From positions 5,295-69,294 of the forward strand of contig CAZJNH010000001.1 of assembly GCA_964547425.1 (NCBI GenBank): 64,000 bases of DNA. The letters are read 5' to 3'. Positions 62,777 to 64,000 of the stretch are shown piece by piece. The notes under the pieces were generated by a model that worked only from the letters and a program-made list of their open reading frames with translations, searched no databases and had not been told where the DNA came from. The translations under genes were made by a program, and so were the position numbers. The number at the start of each line of letters is the position of its first letter. Within the stretch, counting starts at the first letter, position 1. The DNA is from an uncultured Candidatus Saccharibacteria bacterium (GTDB taxonomy: Bacteria > Patescibacteriota > Saccharimonadia > UBA4664 > CAZJNH01).

Positions 62777-62938
62777 CTAAACCGATTTACAGCGGCGCTG
62801 GCGGTACGGCTGGCTCAAGAGCCATTGCCGATGCCTGCGATCGCGTTTGGCATCCGGGCTGTAACGCCGGTGGACGTAGCTAGCCGTTCCCACCGTAGCG
62901 AGAAGGCAAAGCACTATCCCCACACCCGTCAAAAGCAC
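62777..62938 (-). CDS. Small N-terminal-TM, Arg-rich protein, 53 aa
   Basis: MLLTGVGIVLCLLATVGTASYVHRRYSPDAKRDRRHRQWLLSQPYRQRRCKSV; AAAGGAG SD, GTG start. Confidence 0.55.
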   Translation of the reverse strand: MLLTGVGIVLCLLATVGTASYVHRRYSPDAKRDRRHRQWLLSQPYRQRRCKSV

Positions 62939-62939
62939 G

Positions 62940-63141
62940 CTGTATCTCCTTTGGTTGAATGGCTACGTAACTGGCTGCAGGAGGGTGCTTGCAACCAGAT
63001 ACGCAGCCACAAAACCAGAGGAGTTGTGGCTGCTAAAAACCTGCCTTGCGGCAGATTTATGTAAGGAGCGATCACCCGGATCCGCCGATTGGCGGACCGA
63101 ATGAACCGGCCAATATTAGCATAAACACTATGATTTGTCAA
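62940..63141 (-). promoter_or_regulatory. Consensus promoter plus multi-hairpin 5' leader
   Basis: TTGACA-17-TAATAT (63141-63113); four hairpins, two with C-rich loops. Confidence 0.65.
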
Positions 63142-63191
63142 TGGTCCCTACTCTTGATTCTTGATTCATAATTCTGTATTCTTGTTTAGTT

Positions 63192-63524
63192 ATGAAAGCA
63201 GATATTCACCCCGAATATATGGTGACGAAGGTCCACTGCAACGGCTGTGGCACCGAGTTCGAAACCCACTCGACTATTCCTTCTATCGAAGTGGAGATCT
63301 GTTCGAATTGCCATCCTTTTTACACCGGTAAACAGAAGCTGGTCGACACCGCCGGCCGCGTTGACAAGTTTAACGCCCGCCGCGCTGCCGCGCAGAAATC
63401 CAAAGCTCAAAATCCGAAATCCGAAAAGGCCGAGGAAGCCGTAGTGGAAAAGATCGAGGAAGAGCTCGAAGCCAAGACGGTTGATCTGCCCGAAACCGAA
63501 GAAGCCAAAGACGACCAGCAATAA
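63192..63524 (+). CDS. rpmE: 50S ribosomal protein L31 (zinc type, acidic C-terminal extension)
   Basis: [35 protein letters not shown]. Confidence 0.97.
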   Translation: MKADIHPEYMVTKVHCNGCGTEFETHSTIPSIEVEICSNCHPFYTGKQKLVDTAGRVDKFNARRAAAQKSKAQNPKSEKAEEAVVEKIEEELEAKTVDLPETEEAKDDQQ

Positions 63525-63574
63525 CTGATCAAGGAGGACGCCTGCTAAACTTTTGGTAGGCGTTTTTTGATTAT

Positions 63575-64000
63575 ATGAACCCTCAAGAGCAAAAAATCAG
63601 GTCAGATTACGAATCACTCGGCCACCGGCTAGCCGAGATTGGTTATAGTTCTCCAGATTACGGCAAGTTGAGTAAGCAGCTGAACGATCTTCAAAAAGTT
63701 ATATCCCTGTTTGATCGACAGCATCAATTAGAAAAAGACTTGGCCGACAGCCAGGAAGCACTCAAAGATACGGATTTAGCAGAACTTGCCCAAGAAGAAA
63801 TCCCCAGAATCGAAAGTGAGCTGCGCCAAACCAATAACCTACTGGCAGAGGAGCTCGAGCCAAAGGACCCCAACGACCAAAAGGACGCTATAGTTGAAAT
63901 CCGCGCGGGGGCAGGCGGAGACGAAGCCTCCCTATTTGCCGGCGAACTATACCGGATGTACGTGCGTTATGGCGAATCGCGCGATTGGAAAGCAGAGCTC
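63575..64000 (+). CDS. prfA: Peptide chain release factor 1, 5' part (truncated by the window end)
   Basis: Manual translation: ...ELAQEE...[34 protein letters not shown]; follows rpmE. Confidence 0.95.
   Translation, partial: MNPQEQKIRSDYESLGHRLAEIGYSSPDYGKLSKQLNDLQKVISLFDRQHQLEKDLADSQEALKDTDLAELAQEEIPRIESELRQTNNLLAEELEPKDPNDQKDAIVEIRAGAGGDEASLFAGELYRMYVRYGESRDWKAEL

Noticed and set aside
62381-63064. 227-aa plus-strand ORF
   Set aside because: TTG start without an RBS, and composition typical of the reverse of hydrophobic codons; the minus strand has the promoter, SD sites and coupled ORFs.
1-64000. Stop-codon reassignment, prophage, introns or inteins
   Set aside because: Core genes are intact in the standard code with normal lengths, RF1 and RF2 are both present, and no phage structural, integrase or splicing-element signatures were seen.

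Overview
A 64-kb chromosomal segment from a small-genome Patescibacteria (CPR) bacterium, most likely Saccharibacteria-like. This assignment is inferred from gene content: homodimeric GlyRS, class I LysRS, short DprA, a reduced dcw cluster, a sigma70-r4/HARE-HTH protein next to a TrwB/VirD4-like ATPase, and standard genetic code with RF2 present. The backbone is housekeeping: dprA-lepB-topA-PBP1a, mraZ-rsmH-ftsL-ftsI-mraY-ftsW-murG-ftsQ, recO-glyQS, a two-component pair, xseAB, rpmA, pyrG, ftsEX with two coiled-coil hydrolases and an S41 protease, prfB, secA, hpf-serS-lysS-greA, mreBCD-mrdA, rpsB-tsf-frr-uppS-rseP-proS-murB, and rpmE-prfA. No rRNA, tRNA, CRISPR array, transposase or integrase was recognised. 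The most interesting signals are non-coding or accessory. (1) A GC-rich three-gene block (39.3-42.2 kb) is bounded by ~28-bp inverted repeats; two of its genes encode stalked membrane proteins sharing an unrecognised Cys-loop C-terminal motif. (2) Several unannotated, highly structured minus-strand RNAs occur next to dprA, between mraZ and rsmH, and in accessory leaders; two display the same anti-Shine-Dalgarno-like loop GCACCCUCCU. (3) Many core genes look leaderless, whereas five self-contained accessory cassettes carry consensus promoters and SD sites. (4) A 32-nt repeat precedes each gene of a two-gene cassette and can pair with one upstream docking site. (5) An M23 peptidase is circularly permuted. 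(6) A dispersed 78-nt hairpin repeat shows compensatory base changes. All structures and family calls were made by eye; no database search or folding program was run.
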